A DNA stretch of 64,000 nucleotides from a virus. The stretch spans positions 1 to 64,000 of IMG/VR virus record IMGVR_UViG_3300037502_000580. One strand, 5' to 3'. Position numbers and translations under genes: made by a program. Below, in pieces: positions 46,990-55,921 of the stretch. Under the pieces are notes generated by a model. It made no database searches. It was not told where the DNA came from and saw only the letters and a list, made by a program, of their open reading frames with translations. The first letter of the stretch is position 1, and each line of letters begins with the position of its first letter.

Positions 46990-47235
46990 ATGGAGATGAT
47001 GCTTTGGAATATCGCGTTGAGCGCGATAGTGGCGGTGATGGGCATGTTGCTTAAGGGCAAGTTTGATGAGTTGCAGCGCATCAGTATCCTGCTTAATAGA
47101 ACGCGGGAAGAAGTAGCGCGAGACCACATCACACGTGCAGAAGTTAGAGCGGATCTGGAAAAGATTCGTGAACATTTTGACAATGGCTTTAAGCGTCTTG
47201 AGGACAAGATAGACGCTCTAGCGCAAAGGAATTGA
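46990..47235 (+). CDS. Small membrane / coiled-coil protein
   Basis: N-terminal TM, LLNRTREE, RLEDKID. Confidence 0.7.
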   Translation: MEMMLWNIALSAIVAVMGMLLKGKFDELQRISILLNRTREEVARDHITRAEVRADLEKIREHFDNGFKRLEDKIDALAQRN

Positions 47236-47236
47236 C

Positions 47237-47872
47237 ATGGCTAAGAGACTTCGTAACGTAGCACTTCTTGGTGGAGCAGCACTTCTTGCCTCAAAGATGT
47301 TAGGTGGTAAGAAAGAAGCCGAGACCCCCCGTGCGGAATCGAAGGAAGATCAAGAACGTGACCGTAGGGAATCAGCAATTGCTGGCCCTCTGCGTGCCTT
47401 GGCTTCTACCACCCCCGCTACCGAACCCAAGTCTGAGGCACGTAAACCCACTGCCCGTAAGGCTGCACCGGCAGAAGCACCTGGCATTTCTGTAGAAGAA
47501 GGTCGGGCGGCTATGGGCCTCCCCCGCGAAGCTCGTGGAAGAAGCTCTGGGGTTATGGAAGGGGCGTCGGCCTCTGGACTACCCCGTGAAGCTCGTGGTC
47601 GTGGTATGGATGAAGGAATAACTACCTCTGGGTTGCCACGCGAAGCTCGTGGCGTTCCTCGTGGAGATGTTCCTGGTTCTCAGGTCTATGCTCAGATTAA
47701 TGCAGACCGCATTGCCCGTCAGCGCCGTGCCGCAGAAGAAGATCGGTTTATGTCTGGTGGCATGAAAGAAGGCGGTAAGGTAAAGATGCAGTCTGGTGGC
47801 ATGGTTGGTAAGGCTTCTAAACGTGCTGATGGTATCGCTACCAAAGGCAAAACCCGCTGCAGGATCATCTAA
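47237..47872 (+). CDS. Hypothetical virion-associated protein with GLPREARG x3 and GG motifs
   Basis: Internal repeats; MKEGGKV, MQSGGMV, RADGIATKGKT. Confidence 0.7.
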   Translation: MAKRLRNVALLGGAALLASKMLGGKKEAETPRAESKEDQERDRRESAIAGPLRALASTTPATEPKSEARKPTARKAAPAEAPGISVEEGRAAMGLPREARGRSSGVMEGASASGLPREARGRGMDEGITTSGLPREARGVPRGDVPGSQVYAQINADRIARQRRAAEEDRFMSGGMKEGGKVKMQSGGMVGKASKRADGIATKGKTRCRII

Positions 47873-47874
47873 TC

Positions 47875-48189
47875 ATGGCAAATTATCCGATGAAGACTCG
47901 TAAGTCCTCTAAGTTCCGTGAGCGAGAGGATGAGAAAAAAGAACTTCAAGACCTAGCAGACACACCTCCTAGCATGTTGAGTGAAGGTGAGCGGTTTAGG
48001 CTTTTTGGTAAGACAACGAAGCCGCTAGATCCTACACAGAGGGCTGAGCCGAAGAAAGAGGAGTCGTTTGAAGAGCGTATGCGTAAGGCTGATCCCGCAC
48101 AACGCAAATATATGTTGGCTAAAGGTGGCTTTGTTCGTGCCGCTGATGGTATTGCTAAACGTGGTAAAACGAAAGGAAAGATGCTATGA
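47875..48189 (+). CDS. Small basic protein (GG-motif family)
   Basis: LAKGGFV, ADGIAKRGKTKG. Confidence 0.7.
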   Translation: MANYPMKTRKSSKFREREDEKKELQDLADTPPSMLSEGERFRLFGKTTKPLDPTQRAEPKKEESFEERMRKADPAQRKYMLAKGGFVRAADGIAKRGKTKGKML

Positions 48190-48341
48190 AGAAGGCAATG
48201 GGTGTGGCTCCCACCAAAATGGGCAAAGTTAAGACCGCTACTAAACCTGATGGCGTTATTAAAAAAGGCGCTACCAAGGGTAAGCAAATTAAGATGGCCT
48301 ACGGCGGCAAAGTGAAGATGCGTGGCGGCGGGAAGTGCTAA
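48186..48341 (+). CDS. Small basic protein, 51 aa (GG-motif family)
   Basis: MKKAMGVAPTKMGKVKTATKPDGVIKKGATKGKQIKMAYGGKVKMRGGGKC. Confidence 0.65.
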   Translation: MKKAMGVAPTKMGKVKTATKPDGVIKKGATKGKQIKMAYGGKVKMRGGGKC

Positions 48342-48626
48342 ATGAGACCCTCGCGCGGGATGGGGGCTATCAGCCCCTCTAAGATGCCCAGGGCCAAGAC
48401 AGGACGCCGCAAAGATGGTGACTCGTTTCAGACGTTCAAAGATGGCGGGAAGGTCAAGTCTCGCGTCAATGAGGCAGGTGTTTACACAAAGCCTGGGATG
48501 CGTAAGAGCCTTTTTGAAAAGATTAAAGGTTCTGCGACTCAAGGGACTGCTGCGGGTCAATGGTCAGCAAGAAAAGCACAACTCTTGGCAAAGAAGTACA
48601 AAGCCGCAGGTGGTGGATATAAGTGA
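48342..48626 (+). CDS. Basic protein, DUF5872-like N-terminal half
   Basis: YTKP..R, GQWSARKAQ, YKAAGGGY. Confidence 0.7.
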   Translation: MRPSRGMGAISPSKMPRAKTGRRKDGDSFQTFKDGGKVKSRVNEAGVYTKPGMRKSLFEKIKGSATQGTAAGQWSARKAQLLAKKYKAAGGGYK

Positions 48627-48725
48627 TTCGGGCACCGGTGTACGACCCGAGGAGAGACGGAAATGTCTTTTCGTGGGTTTTAAAAGCTGCGGAAGTATAC
48701 CGGGAACGAAAAAGGACTGAGCGAA

Positions 48726-48965
48726 ATGCCGCTAAAGAAGCCGCAGCAGAGCTTGAAAGACTGGACAGCACAAAAGTGGAGAACTAAAAGTGGGAAACCG
48801 TCTTCCGTTACTGGCGAGCGTTACCTCCCAACGTCAGCGATCAACGCATTATCTCCATCTGAGTATGCAGCGACGACAAGAGCGAAAAGAGCTGGCAAAG
48901 CTTCTGGAAAGCAGTTCGTTAAACAACCAGCAGGAATTGCAAAGAAAACAGCGAGGTATCGATAA
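48726..48965 (+). CDS. Basic protein, DUF5872-like C-terminal half
   Basis: SLKDWTAQKWRT, ERYLP, GKQFVKQP. Confidence 0.7.
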   Translation: MPLKKPQQSLKDWTAQKWRTKSGKPSSVTGERYLPTSAINALSPSEYAATTRAKRAGKASGKQFVKQPAGIAKKTARYR

Positions 48966-49324
48966 TGAAATCTGAGAACGAGAAGAAAACAGAAGACAAG
49001 CGCTCTAGCCGTACTAAGTGGTTAGATTCGCTACCAGATAACGCCATGACGAAAGCTTCCCGTGCAATAAGTCGGGCTGGAGACGCTGTTGGTTTTACTC
49101 AGGAAGAGCAATACAAGGACAAGAAGTACCAAGTGCCTGAGAAGAAAGCCAAGGGTGGGTGGATCCAGAAGGCTATTAAGAAGCCCGGTGCGCTACGGTC
49201 TTCCCTTGGTGTTAAGAAGGGTGAGAAGATCCCTGCCGGTAAACTCGCCGCCGCTGCTAAGAAACCTGGCAAGATGGGGCAACGTGCCCGTCTGGCACAG
49301 ACCCTAAAGAAGTTAGGAAAGTAA
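48965..49324 (+). CDS. Small basic protein
   Basis: WIQKAIKKPGALR..LG...KIP...RARLAQTL. Confidence 0.7.
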   Translation: MKSENEKKTEDKRSSRTKWLDSLPDNAMTKASRAISRAGDAVGFTQEEQYKDKKYQVPEKKAKGGWIQKAIKKPGALRSSLGVKKGEKIPAGKLAAAAKKPGKMGQRARLAQTLKKLGK

Positions 49325-49325
49325 G

Positions 49326-50039
49326 ATGACCACTTCTGGCACCGCAACATTTAACCTAGATCTCAATGACCTCATAGAAGAGGCATTTGAGCGTTGCGGC
49401 CTTGAAGTTCGTACAGGCTATGAGCATCGTACGGCTAGGCGGTCTTTGAACCTTCTGACTGTAGAGTGGGCTAACCGGGGCATCAACCTCTGGACGATTG
49501 AAGAGGGGTCGATAACTCTTAGTCAGAACGTAGCTACCTACCCACTGCCCGTAGATACGATTGACCTTCTGGAGCATGTGATCCGTACAGACCCGGCAAC
49601 ATCGAATCAGACCGATATCAACATCAGTCGTATTAGTGTTTCTACCTACTCAACCATTCCAAATAAGACCGCGACGGGGCGTCCGATCCAGGTTTACGTG
49701 GATAGGAAGAGCGGAGCTACTACCCCTACTGGCGTGCAGAACCCAACGATAACGGTTTGGCCTGTTCCAGAACCCGGTTCTGCCTATACGTTCGTCTATT
49801 GGCGTATGCGTAGGATTCAGGACTCTGGGGGCGGTACAAACACCCAAGATATACCGTTCCGTCTTCTACCCTGTTTGGTTGCTGGGTTGGCTTATTACCT
49901 ATCGCTAAAGATCCCCGACGCGGTTAGTCGCATTGATATGTTAAAAGCAGCGTACGAAGAGCAATGGCTCTTTGCGTCTGGCGAAGACCGTGAGAAGGCT
50001 TCTGTGAGATTCGTGCCACGGGACATCTTCTATGCCTAA
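49326..50039 (+). CDS. Head-tail adaptor-like protein
   Basis: IEEAFERCG, ARRSLNL...WANRG.NLW, GRP.Q, WPVP, GLAYY. Confidence 0.65.
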   Translation: MTTSGTATFNLDLNDLIEEAFERCGLEVRTGYEHRTARRSLNLLTVEWANRGINLWTIEEGSITLSQNVATYPLPVDTIDLLEHVIRTDPATSNQTDINISRISVSTYSTIPNKTATGRPIQVYVDRKSGATTPTGVQNPTITVWPVPEPGSAYTFVYWRMRRIQDSGGGTNTQDIPFRLLPCLVAGLAYYLSLKIPDAVSRIDMLKAAYEEQWLFASGEDREKASVRFVPRDIFYA

Positions 50040-50463
50040 CAAGTTTGCCTCAGGCAAGTATGCGATCTCGCAGTGCGACAGGTGCAACTTCAGGTACCCC
50101 CTGAAGGCGCTGAAAAAGCTCGTCATTAAGACGAAAAACGTCAACCTGCTTGTTTGCCCTGAGTGCTGGGAACCTGATCAGCCGCAGTTACAGCTTGGTC
50201 TTTATCCCGTAAATGACCCACAGGCTATTAGAAACCCCCGCCCAGATAGCCCAAGTTACTTGGTTTCTGGCGTAAATGGTCTTCAGACCAACCCTGCTGG
50301 CGGCACTGGGCAGGATGGGTTTGGTTTACCCGAAGGCGGTAGTAGAATTATTCAATGGGGGTGGGCACCCGTTGGCGGCGGTAGGTTGAATGACATTGGT
50401 TTGACGCCCAATAATCTAGCGCTGGGTATAGCGCTCGGTTCAGTTACTGTAACTACTACATAG
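50032..50463 (+). CDS. Conserved Zn-finger virion protein
   Basis: CDRC..., VCPEC, DPQAIRNPRPD. Confidence 0.65.
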   Translation: MPNKFASGKYAISQCDRCNFRYPLKALKKLVIKTKNVNLLVCPECWEPDQPQLQLGLYPVNDPQAIRNPRPDSPSYLVSGVNGLQTNPAGGTGQDGFGLPEGGSRIIQWGWAPVGGGRLNDIGLTPNNLALGIALGSVTVTTT

Positions 50464-50472
50464 GAGTTCAAA

Positions 50473-50673
50473 ATGGCGCACCCAGATGTAGCAAAAGACA
50501 AGAGCGTGGTTAAAAAAGCCGTGCATAAGCACGAAAAAACTATGCACCCCGGAAAACCGTTAACCAAGTTGAAAAAAGGCGGCGTGCCTATGATGGAGTC
50601 CAAGCTAGAGGGTCGCATGGGCAAAGGCATGGCTAAAGTAATGATGCAAAAGAAAGCCGGAAGGGGCCGATAA
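50473..50673 (+). CDS. Small basic protein (GG-motif family)
   Basis: KAVHKHEK.MH.GK...LKKGG. Confidence 0.7.
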   Translation: MAHPDVAKDKSVVKKAVHKHEKTMHPGKPLTKLKKGGVPMMESKLEGRMGKGMAKVMMQKKAGRGR

Positions 50674-50816
50674 TGCAATACAATCAACCAAAACCTTGCC
50701 CGATCCCGCCCAATAATATGGGCTACCCAAATAACGTGCCGAACACTCAGACCATGAAAACTCGTGGTACGGGCGCGGCTACTAAAGGTACTAACTCGTC
50801 TAAGAAGATGGGCTAA
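50673..50816 (+). CDS. Small protein, 47 aa
   Basis: MQYNQPKPCP...KTRGTGAATKGT; TAATG coupling at start, abuts next gene. Confidence 0.6.
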   Translation: MQYNQPKPCPIPPNNMGYPNNVPNTQTMKTRGTGAATKGTNSSKKMG

Positions 50817-51533
50817 ATGAACTACGCTGCTCTGTTTGAGACGATCAAGGGGTATGTCGAGAATGACTTCCCCAGCACTCAGTACTCGGATTCGTCTGGG
50901 AACTTAGTTAACTATACGTCTAAAGAACAGATTGATACGTTCATTCAGCAAGCTGAGCAGCGGATCTATAACAGCGTTCAGTTCCCGTCGATACGTAAAA
51001 ATGTGACGGGGGTTACTTACGCTACAAATCCGTATCTCTCATCGCCCATAGACTTCTTAGCGGTTTATTCTCTTGCTGTCATTGATGGTAACGGCAACTA
51101 CGAGTACCTGCTTAACAAAGACGTTAACTATTTACGGGCTGCGTATCCAAATCCAAACAGCACGGGCATACCTAAGTACTACGCTTTGTTTGGGCCTACG
51201 ACGACTAATGGCAACCCGCCAGCTATTACCAATGAGTTGAGCTTCATGTTGGCTCCCACACCGAACGCTGTTTATAACGTAGAACTTCATTATTACTACT
51301 ACCCCGAGTCAATTGTTACGGCAGGCACGACATGGCTTGGTGATAACTTTGACTCTGCGCTTCTTTACGGCGCACTGATTGAGGCGTACACCTTTATGAA
51401 GGGTGAGGCTGACGTTATTGCTGGATACAACAAGCGCTATGAAGAGGCCATGATTTTGGCTAAACGTCTTGGTGATGGTATGGAACGTAGAGACGCATAC
51501 CGATCTGGTCAGATCAGATTGTCGGTGAACTAA
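50817..51533 (+). CDS. Tail tubular protein A / adaptor-like protein
   Basis: FIQQAEQRI, GIPKYY, LAPTP, TWL, LLYGALIEA. Confidence 0.7.
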   Translation: MNYAALFETIKGYVENDFPSTQYSDSSGNLVNYTSKEQIDTFIQQAEQRIYNSVQFPSIRKNVTGVTYATNPYLSSPIDFLAVYSLAVIDGNGNYEYLLNKDVNYLRAAYPNPNSTGIPKYYALFGPTTTNGNPPAITNELSFMLAPTPNAVYNVELHYYYYPESIVTAGTTWLGDNFDSALLYGALIEAYTFMKGEADVIAGYNKRYEEAMILAKRLGDGMERRDAYRSGQIRLSVN

Positions 51534-51944
51534 ATGGCCTTCACGGGGAACTTTACTTGCAACTCTTTTAAAAACGGTCTGTTAGAAGGTGCGTTTAACT
51601 TTGACTCAGGCACGTTCAGAATTGCGCTGTACACCAACAATGCAACGTTAAACGAGGACACTACCGAGTACACAACAACCGGTGAGGTTGTTGCCGCAGG
51701 ATATACAGCAGGTGGGATAGTATTGACGCCCACACAAGGAATTACAGGCGGGACGTCGTTTGTTTCGTTTGCAACAGTGTCGTGGTCTGGGGCTTTTACT
51801 GCACGGGGTGCCTTGATCTATAAGGCGGGTAGCAATGGGGCGGTTTGTGTTTTAGACTTTGGGGCAAATAAGACGTCTACCACGACATTCACGGTGACAT
51901 TCCCATCAGCATCCAGCACGGATGCTTTAATTCGACTTTCGTAA
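51534..51944 (+). CDS. Virion structural protein
   Basis: SFK..LL, FRIALY, GYTAGG, ARGALIY, VLDFG. Confidence 0.65.
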   Translation: MAFTGNFTCNSFKNGLLEGAFNFDSGTFRIALYTNNATLNEDTTEYTTTGEVVAAGYTAGGIVLTPTQGITGGTSFVSFATVSWSGAFTARGALIYKAGSNGAVCVLDFGANKTSTTTFTVTFPSASSTDALIRLS

Positions 51945-51952
51945 AGGAGTTT

Positions 51953-52531
51953 ATGATGCAAGTTAAGGCCAAAAGCACCGATCTGGTAAACGGAACGGTC
52001 ACGACAAATCAAGGTTTTGGTGAAGGCGCTGCTGGTGGTGGCGTGTTTCATTTCAAGTGCTATGACAAAGATGGCAACCTGAAATGGGAAGATTCTGCTA
52101 AGAACCTAGTGGTAAACGCTGGTTTGCAGGATATGAACACCAAGTACTTTACAGGCTCTAGCTACACTGCCGCTTGGTATATCGGTCTTGTCAATGATGC
52201 TGGTTTTACGGCTTATGCGGCTGGAGATACTCTGTCTTCGCACACTGGCTGGGTTGAAACCACATCGTATTCTGGTGGCAATCGAGCCACAGCCACTTTC
52301 GGCACGGCTACTACTGCCGATCCTTCGGTAATTAGCAATTCCGCTTCTCCTGGTGCGTTCAGCATTACTGGTACGGTAACGGTTCGTGGCGCATTTTTGT
52401 GTAACGTTCAGAGCAATACTAACAATACCGGACTTCTTTTTTCTGTGTCTGATTTCACTGGCGGCAATCGATCTGTTGTTAACGGCGACACGTTGAATGT
52501 GACTTACACATTTAACCTTGATGCAGCTTAA
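51953..52531 (+). CDS. Virion structural protein
   Basis: NLVVNAG, WYIGL, GDTLNVTY. Confidence 0.65.
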   Translation: MMQVKAKSTDLVNGTVTTNQGFGEGAAGGGVFHFKCYDKDGNLKWEDSAKNLVVNAGLQDMNTKYFTGSSYTAAWYIGLVNDAGFTAYAAGDTLSSHTGWVETTSYSGGNRATATFGTATTADPSVISNSASPGAFSITGTVTVRGAFLCNVQSNTNNTGLLFSVSDFTGGNRSVVNGDTLNVTYTFNLDAA

Positions 52532-52541
52532 GGAGTAAAAC

Positions 52542-52721
52542 ATGGCAACAATGTTTACTAAAAATCAAACTGTACGTCTTAAGTCTGTAACCCCAGAAGG
52601 TGCAGTAGAAGCCTTACGTATGGATGAAGATGGTACGGTTTTTTATCGTATCTCTTGGACTGATGCTACAGGCGCTACGCATACACGGTGGTTTGCTGAG
52701 TCCGAGTTAGAAGCTGCTTAG
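52542..52721 (+). CDS. Small SH3-like protein, 59 aa
   Basis: MATMFTKNQTVRLK...RWFAESEL; AAGGAG RBS. Confidence 0.6.
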   Translation: MATMFTKNQTVRLKSVTPEGAVEALRMDEDGTVFYRISWTDATGATHTRWFAESELEAA

Positions 52722-52730
52722 AGGTAATGC

Positions 52731-54113
52731 TTGTTTGGCTACGCTACCTTTGCTGAGACTCCATTTGCATCCGCAGCAGGCAGTGCTTATGGAGTTTTCA
52801 TTTCTGAGTCTGTTACTGGCACAGACACAGTAGCGGCTGTACTTAGCCGTGTAGGGCTTATAAGCGAAACAACAACGGCTTCTGTTTCTGATAGCGCTGT
52901 TTTATCTGCTGTCGCTTTTGTACTAGAAACAGCGGTTTCATCTGACTCAATTGCAAGTCTTCTTACTATTCCCGTGGATGTGGCTGAAACCACGGTCGCA
53001 CTTGATGCATTTGATGGTTTTGTAACATTTCAAGTTTCGTTATCGGAAACTATTTCAATAGCTGATACTACAGATGCAACACCAGCATTTTTAGATTTTA
53101 TTGTTGAGAATGTTACAGGGGCAGAAACAACGACTGTCTCGTTGGTTCGTGTAGGTGATGTCTCTGAGACGGTAACTGCTACTGATACATTTGTTTCTAT
53201 TGCTGTAGTCAACTCTGCAGTAGCGGAGACCGTTGTTGGGTCTGATGCTGTTAATTCGTTAGTTGTATTTAATTCGTCTTTTGCCGACACAGTTACTGCC
53301 GCAGAACAAACTAACGCTATCCTCATAGCAGCGGCAGACATTTCAGAAACCAGCACCGGGGCAGATAGCGTTACTGTTGTTGCTACACGGATTGGCAACA
53401 TTGCAGAAACAACTGTAGCTTCTGATTCTGTTGCATCGGTTTTAACTGCCGTAGTATCGGTGGCGGAAACTGTTACTGGTGCTGATACAACAGACTCTTT
53501 AATCGTTATTACTTCGGCGGTCACTGAATCTGCAACCATCACAGAGCAAAATACGTCGGTTCTTGTCACTGTTGTAGAAGTTCAAGAAAGCATGGCGGTT
53601 GATGACACGGTTTCTGTAACGGCTACTCGTTTAGGTGTAATAAATGAAAGCGCTTTAGGTACTGCAACTTTTGCATCCAGACTAACTACTTCTGGTGCTA
53701 TATCAGAAACTGTAACGGGAACAGACACCTTTGCCGGTGTACGGGTGCGTGTTGGCAGTGTCTTAGAGACGGGTACGGTTTCAGAAACAATGGCGGCAAA
53801 AATAACGCTTGTTCTAAGCATCTCAGAAACAACGACCGCTACGACATCGATTACATCTGTGTTGAACGCTGTTGCTACAGTTTCAGAAACTGTAGATGTT
53901 AGTGCTGCACCTAACGCTGCCGGAATCTTTACTTCTCAAATTACTGAGCTTGTGCAGATCAGTGACTCAATTAATAGACGTCTATTATGGGAGATCATTG
54001 ACACTTACGAAGTCTCCAACTGGGCAAACATCAATACGTATACGGCGTCTCCATGGGTAAATATAAATACCAACACGCCAAATACGTGGCAAAACATCAA
54101 GACCGTAAATTAA
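52731..54113 (+). CDS. Repetitive fibre / shaft protein
   Basis: MFGYATFAETPFA start; ~22-aa repeats containing (V/I)xETxxxxD; Trp-repeat C-terminus. Confidence 0.65.
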   Translation: MFGYATFAETPFASAAGSAYGVFISESVTGTDTVAAVLSRVGLISETTTASVSDSAVLSAVAFVLETAVSSDSIASLLTIPVDVAETTVALDAFDGFVTFQVSLSETISIADTTDATPAFLDFIVENVTGAETTTVSLVRVGDVSETVTATDTFVSIAVVNSAVAETVVGSDAVNSLVVFNSSFADTVTAAEQTNAILIAAADISETSTGADSVTVVATRIGNIAETTVASDSVASVLTAVVSVAETVTGADTTDSLIVITSAVTESATITEQNTSVLVTVVEVQESMAVDDTVSVTATRLGVINESALGTATFASRLTTSGAISETVTGTDTFAGVRVRVGSVLETGTVSETMAAKITLVLSISETTTATTSITSVLNAVATVSETVDVSAAPNAAGIFTSQITELVQISDSINRRLLWEIIDTYEVSNWANINTYTASPWVNINTNTPNTWQNIKTVN

Positions 54114-54123
54114 GGGGTACCGT

Positions 54124-55671
54124 ATGGCACTTGTAGTCAAAGACAGAGTTAAAGAAACTACGACCACGACTGGTACCGGCACATACACGCTTGCAGGTGC
54201 GGTGACAGGTTTCCAGTCTTTTGGTGTTATTGGTGACGGCAACACAACGTACTATGCAGCTACGAACGGTGTTGACTGGGAAGTTGGCGTAGGTACCTAT
54301 ACTTCTTCTGGTACTACGTTAGCCAGAACCACAATTCTTGAGTCTTCAAACGCTGGTAGTGCGGTTAACTGGGGTGCTGGTACTAAAGACATTTTCGTAA
54401 CCTACCCCGCTGAACGAGCTGTCTATTTAAACGCAGCAGGATTGTCTGTTGATGTTCTTGATATTGGTACCCTTGGTGCTGGCACGATAAATGTCACTAC
54501 AGCAAATATTACGGCTGGTACGGTTAGCACGACTCCAACCAGCAATACAGACCTAGTTAATAAACAGTATGTCGATGCGCTGATTGCTTCTGGTATTCAC
54601 TATCACCAGCCTGTACGGGTAGAGTCCCCAATTAACCTCAATGCCACATACAATAATGGCACATCTGGTGTAGGTGCTACGCTTACCAATGCGGGTACTC
54701 AAGCGGCTCTGGTTATTGATGGTGTGACGGTCAGTGTAAACGACCGGGTTCTGGTATATCAGCAGACAACACAGACACAGAACGGCATTTACACGGTCAC
54801 TAACGTAGGTTCTGGCTCAACAAACTGGGTATTAACCCGTGCTACAGACGCAGATACATACGTCTTTGACAGTCCAAATGGACTAAGCGAAGGCTCTACG
54901 GTCTTTGTTCAAGAAGGTGCTACGGGGGCTGGTGAGACCTATACGTGTAATACGGTAGGCACGATCACGTTTGGTACGACCAACATCACGTTTACACAGA
55001 TCAGCAGCGCTCAGATCTATAGTGCTGGTACAGGGTTAACCCTAACAGGTACGCAGTTCAGTCTTTCTAATGTTGGTACGGCGGGTACGTATGGTTCTGC
55101 CTCGCAAGTTCCGGTCTTTGTTACAAACGCTCAAGGCCAGGTTACCAGCGTCACAGACACTAGCATTGCCATCAGCACCACTCAGATTACGTCTGGCATT
55201 TTGCCAAGTGCCAACGGCGGTACTAACAATGCTTTTTTCCAAGTCAGTGGCCCGACAACATCCGTAAAAACATACACATTTGCCGATGCGAATATGACGA
55301 TTGTCGGCACGACCGACACCCAGACGCTCACAAACAAGCGTGTCACCCCTCGTATCGGTACGGTAGCCAGCAGCGCCACAATCACGCCTACAGGCGATGA
55401 CAGCGATCAGTACAACGTCACGGCTTTGGCGACACCGGCAACGATTGCTGCGCCCTCTGGCACCCCTACCAACGGACAAAAATTGATCTTACGCATCAAG
55501 GATGACGGTACGGCTCGGGCGCTTACCTGGACAACAACGTCTGGGGCATATAGGGCAGTCAGTGTGTCGCTACCGACCACAACTGTAATTTCTAAAGTAC
55601 TCTACGTAGGTTGCGTGTATAACGCTCAAGACACGTTCTGGGATGTAGTTGCAGTTGCACAACAAGCATAA
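54124..55671 (+). CDS. Tail fibre-like protein
   Basis: DRVKETTTTTGTG, NKQYVD, DRVLV..Q...QNGIY.V, TQTLTNK. Confidence 0.7.
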   Translation: MALVVKDRVKETTTTTGTGTYTLAGAVTGFQSFGVIGDGNTTYYAATNGVDWEVGVGTYTSSGTTLARTTILESSNAGSAVNWGAGTKDIFVTYPAERAVYLNAAGLSVDVLDIGTLGAGTINVTTANITAGTVSTTPTSNTDLVNKQYVDALIASGIHYHQPVRVESPINLNATYNNGTSGVGATLTNAGTQAALVIDGVTVSVNDRVLVYQQTTQTQNGIYTVTNVGSGSTNWVLTRATDADTYVFDSPNGLSEGSTVFVQEGATGAGETYTCNTVGTITFGTTNITFTQISSAQIYSAGTGLTLTGTQFSLSNVGTAGTYGSASQVPVFVTNAQGQVTSVTDTSIAISTTQITSGILPSANGGTNNAFFQVSGPTTSVKTYTFADANMTIVGTTDTQTLTNKRVTPRIGTVASSATITPTGDDSDQYNVTALATPATIAAPSGTPTNGQKLILRIKDDGTARALTWTTTSGAYRAVSVSLPTTTVISKVLYVGCVYNAQDTFWDVVAVAQQA

Positions 55672-55680
55672 GGAGAAAGT

Positions 55681-55911
55681 ATGGCTCAGGAAATGATTAA
55701 GATAGATTTCGTTATGGATAACGGCGTCCACAGTTTTTCTGATGCGTTGCATCTACCCGCCAATCACACATATACAGAAGAAGAAATTCAAGCTATGAAG
55801 CAAGCTAGGTTTGACAACTGGTTAAAGGTTATTATGTCCCCACCGGTTGAAGTTTTTGAAACTATTAGCACACCTGAAGTAATTGACGTTGTTGACACCT
55901 CTGGTCAGTAA
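55681..55911 (+). CDS. Small fibre-associated protein
   Basis: F.DALHLP...MKQARFDNW; AAGGAG RBS. Confidence 0.65.
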   Translation: MAQEMIKIDFVMDNGVHSFSDALHLPANHTYTEEEIQAMKQARFDNWLKVIMSPPVEVFETISTPEVIDVVDTSGQ

Positions 55912-55921
55912 GGAGCCTTAA

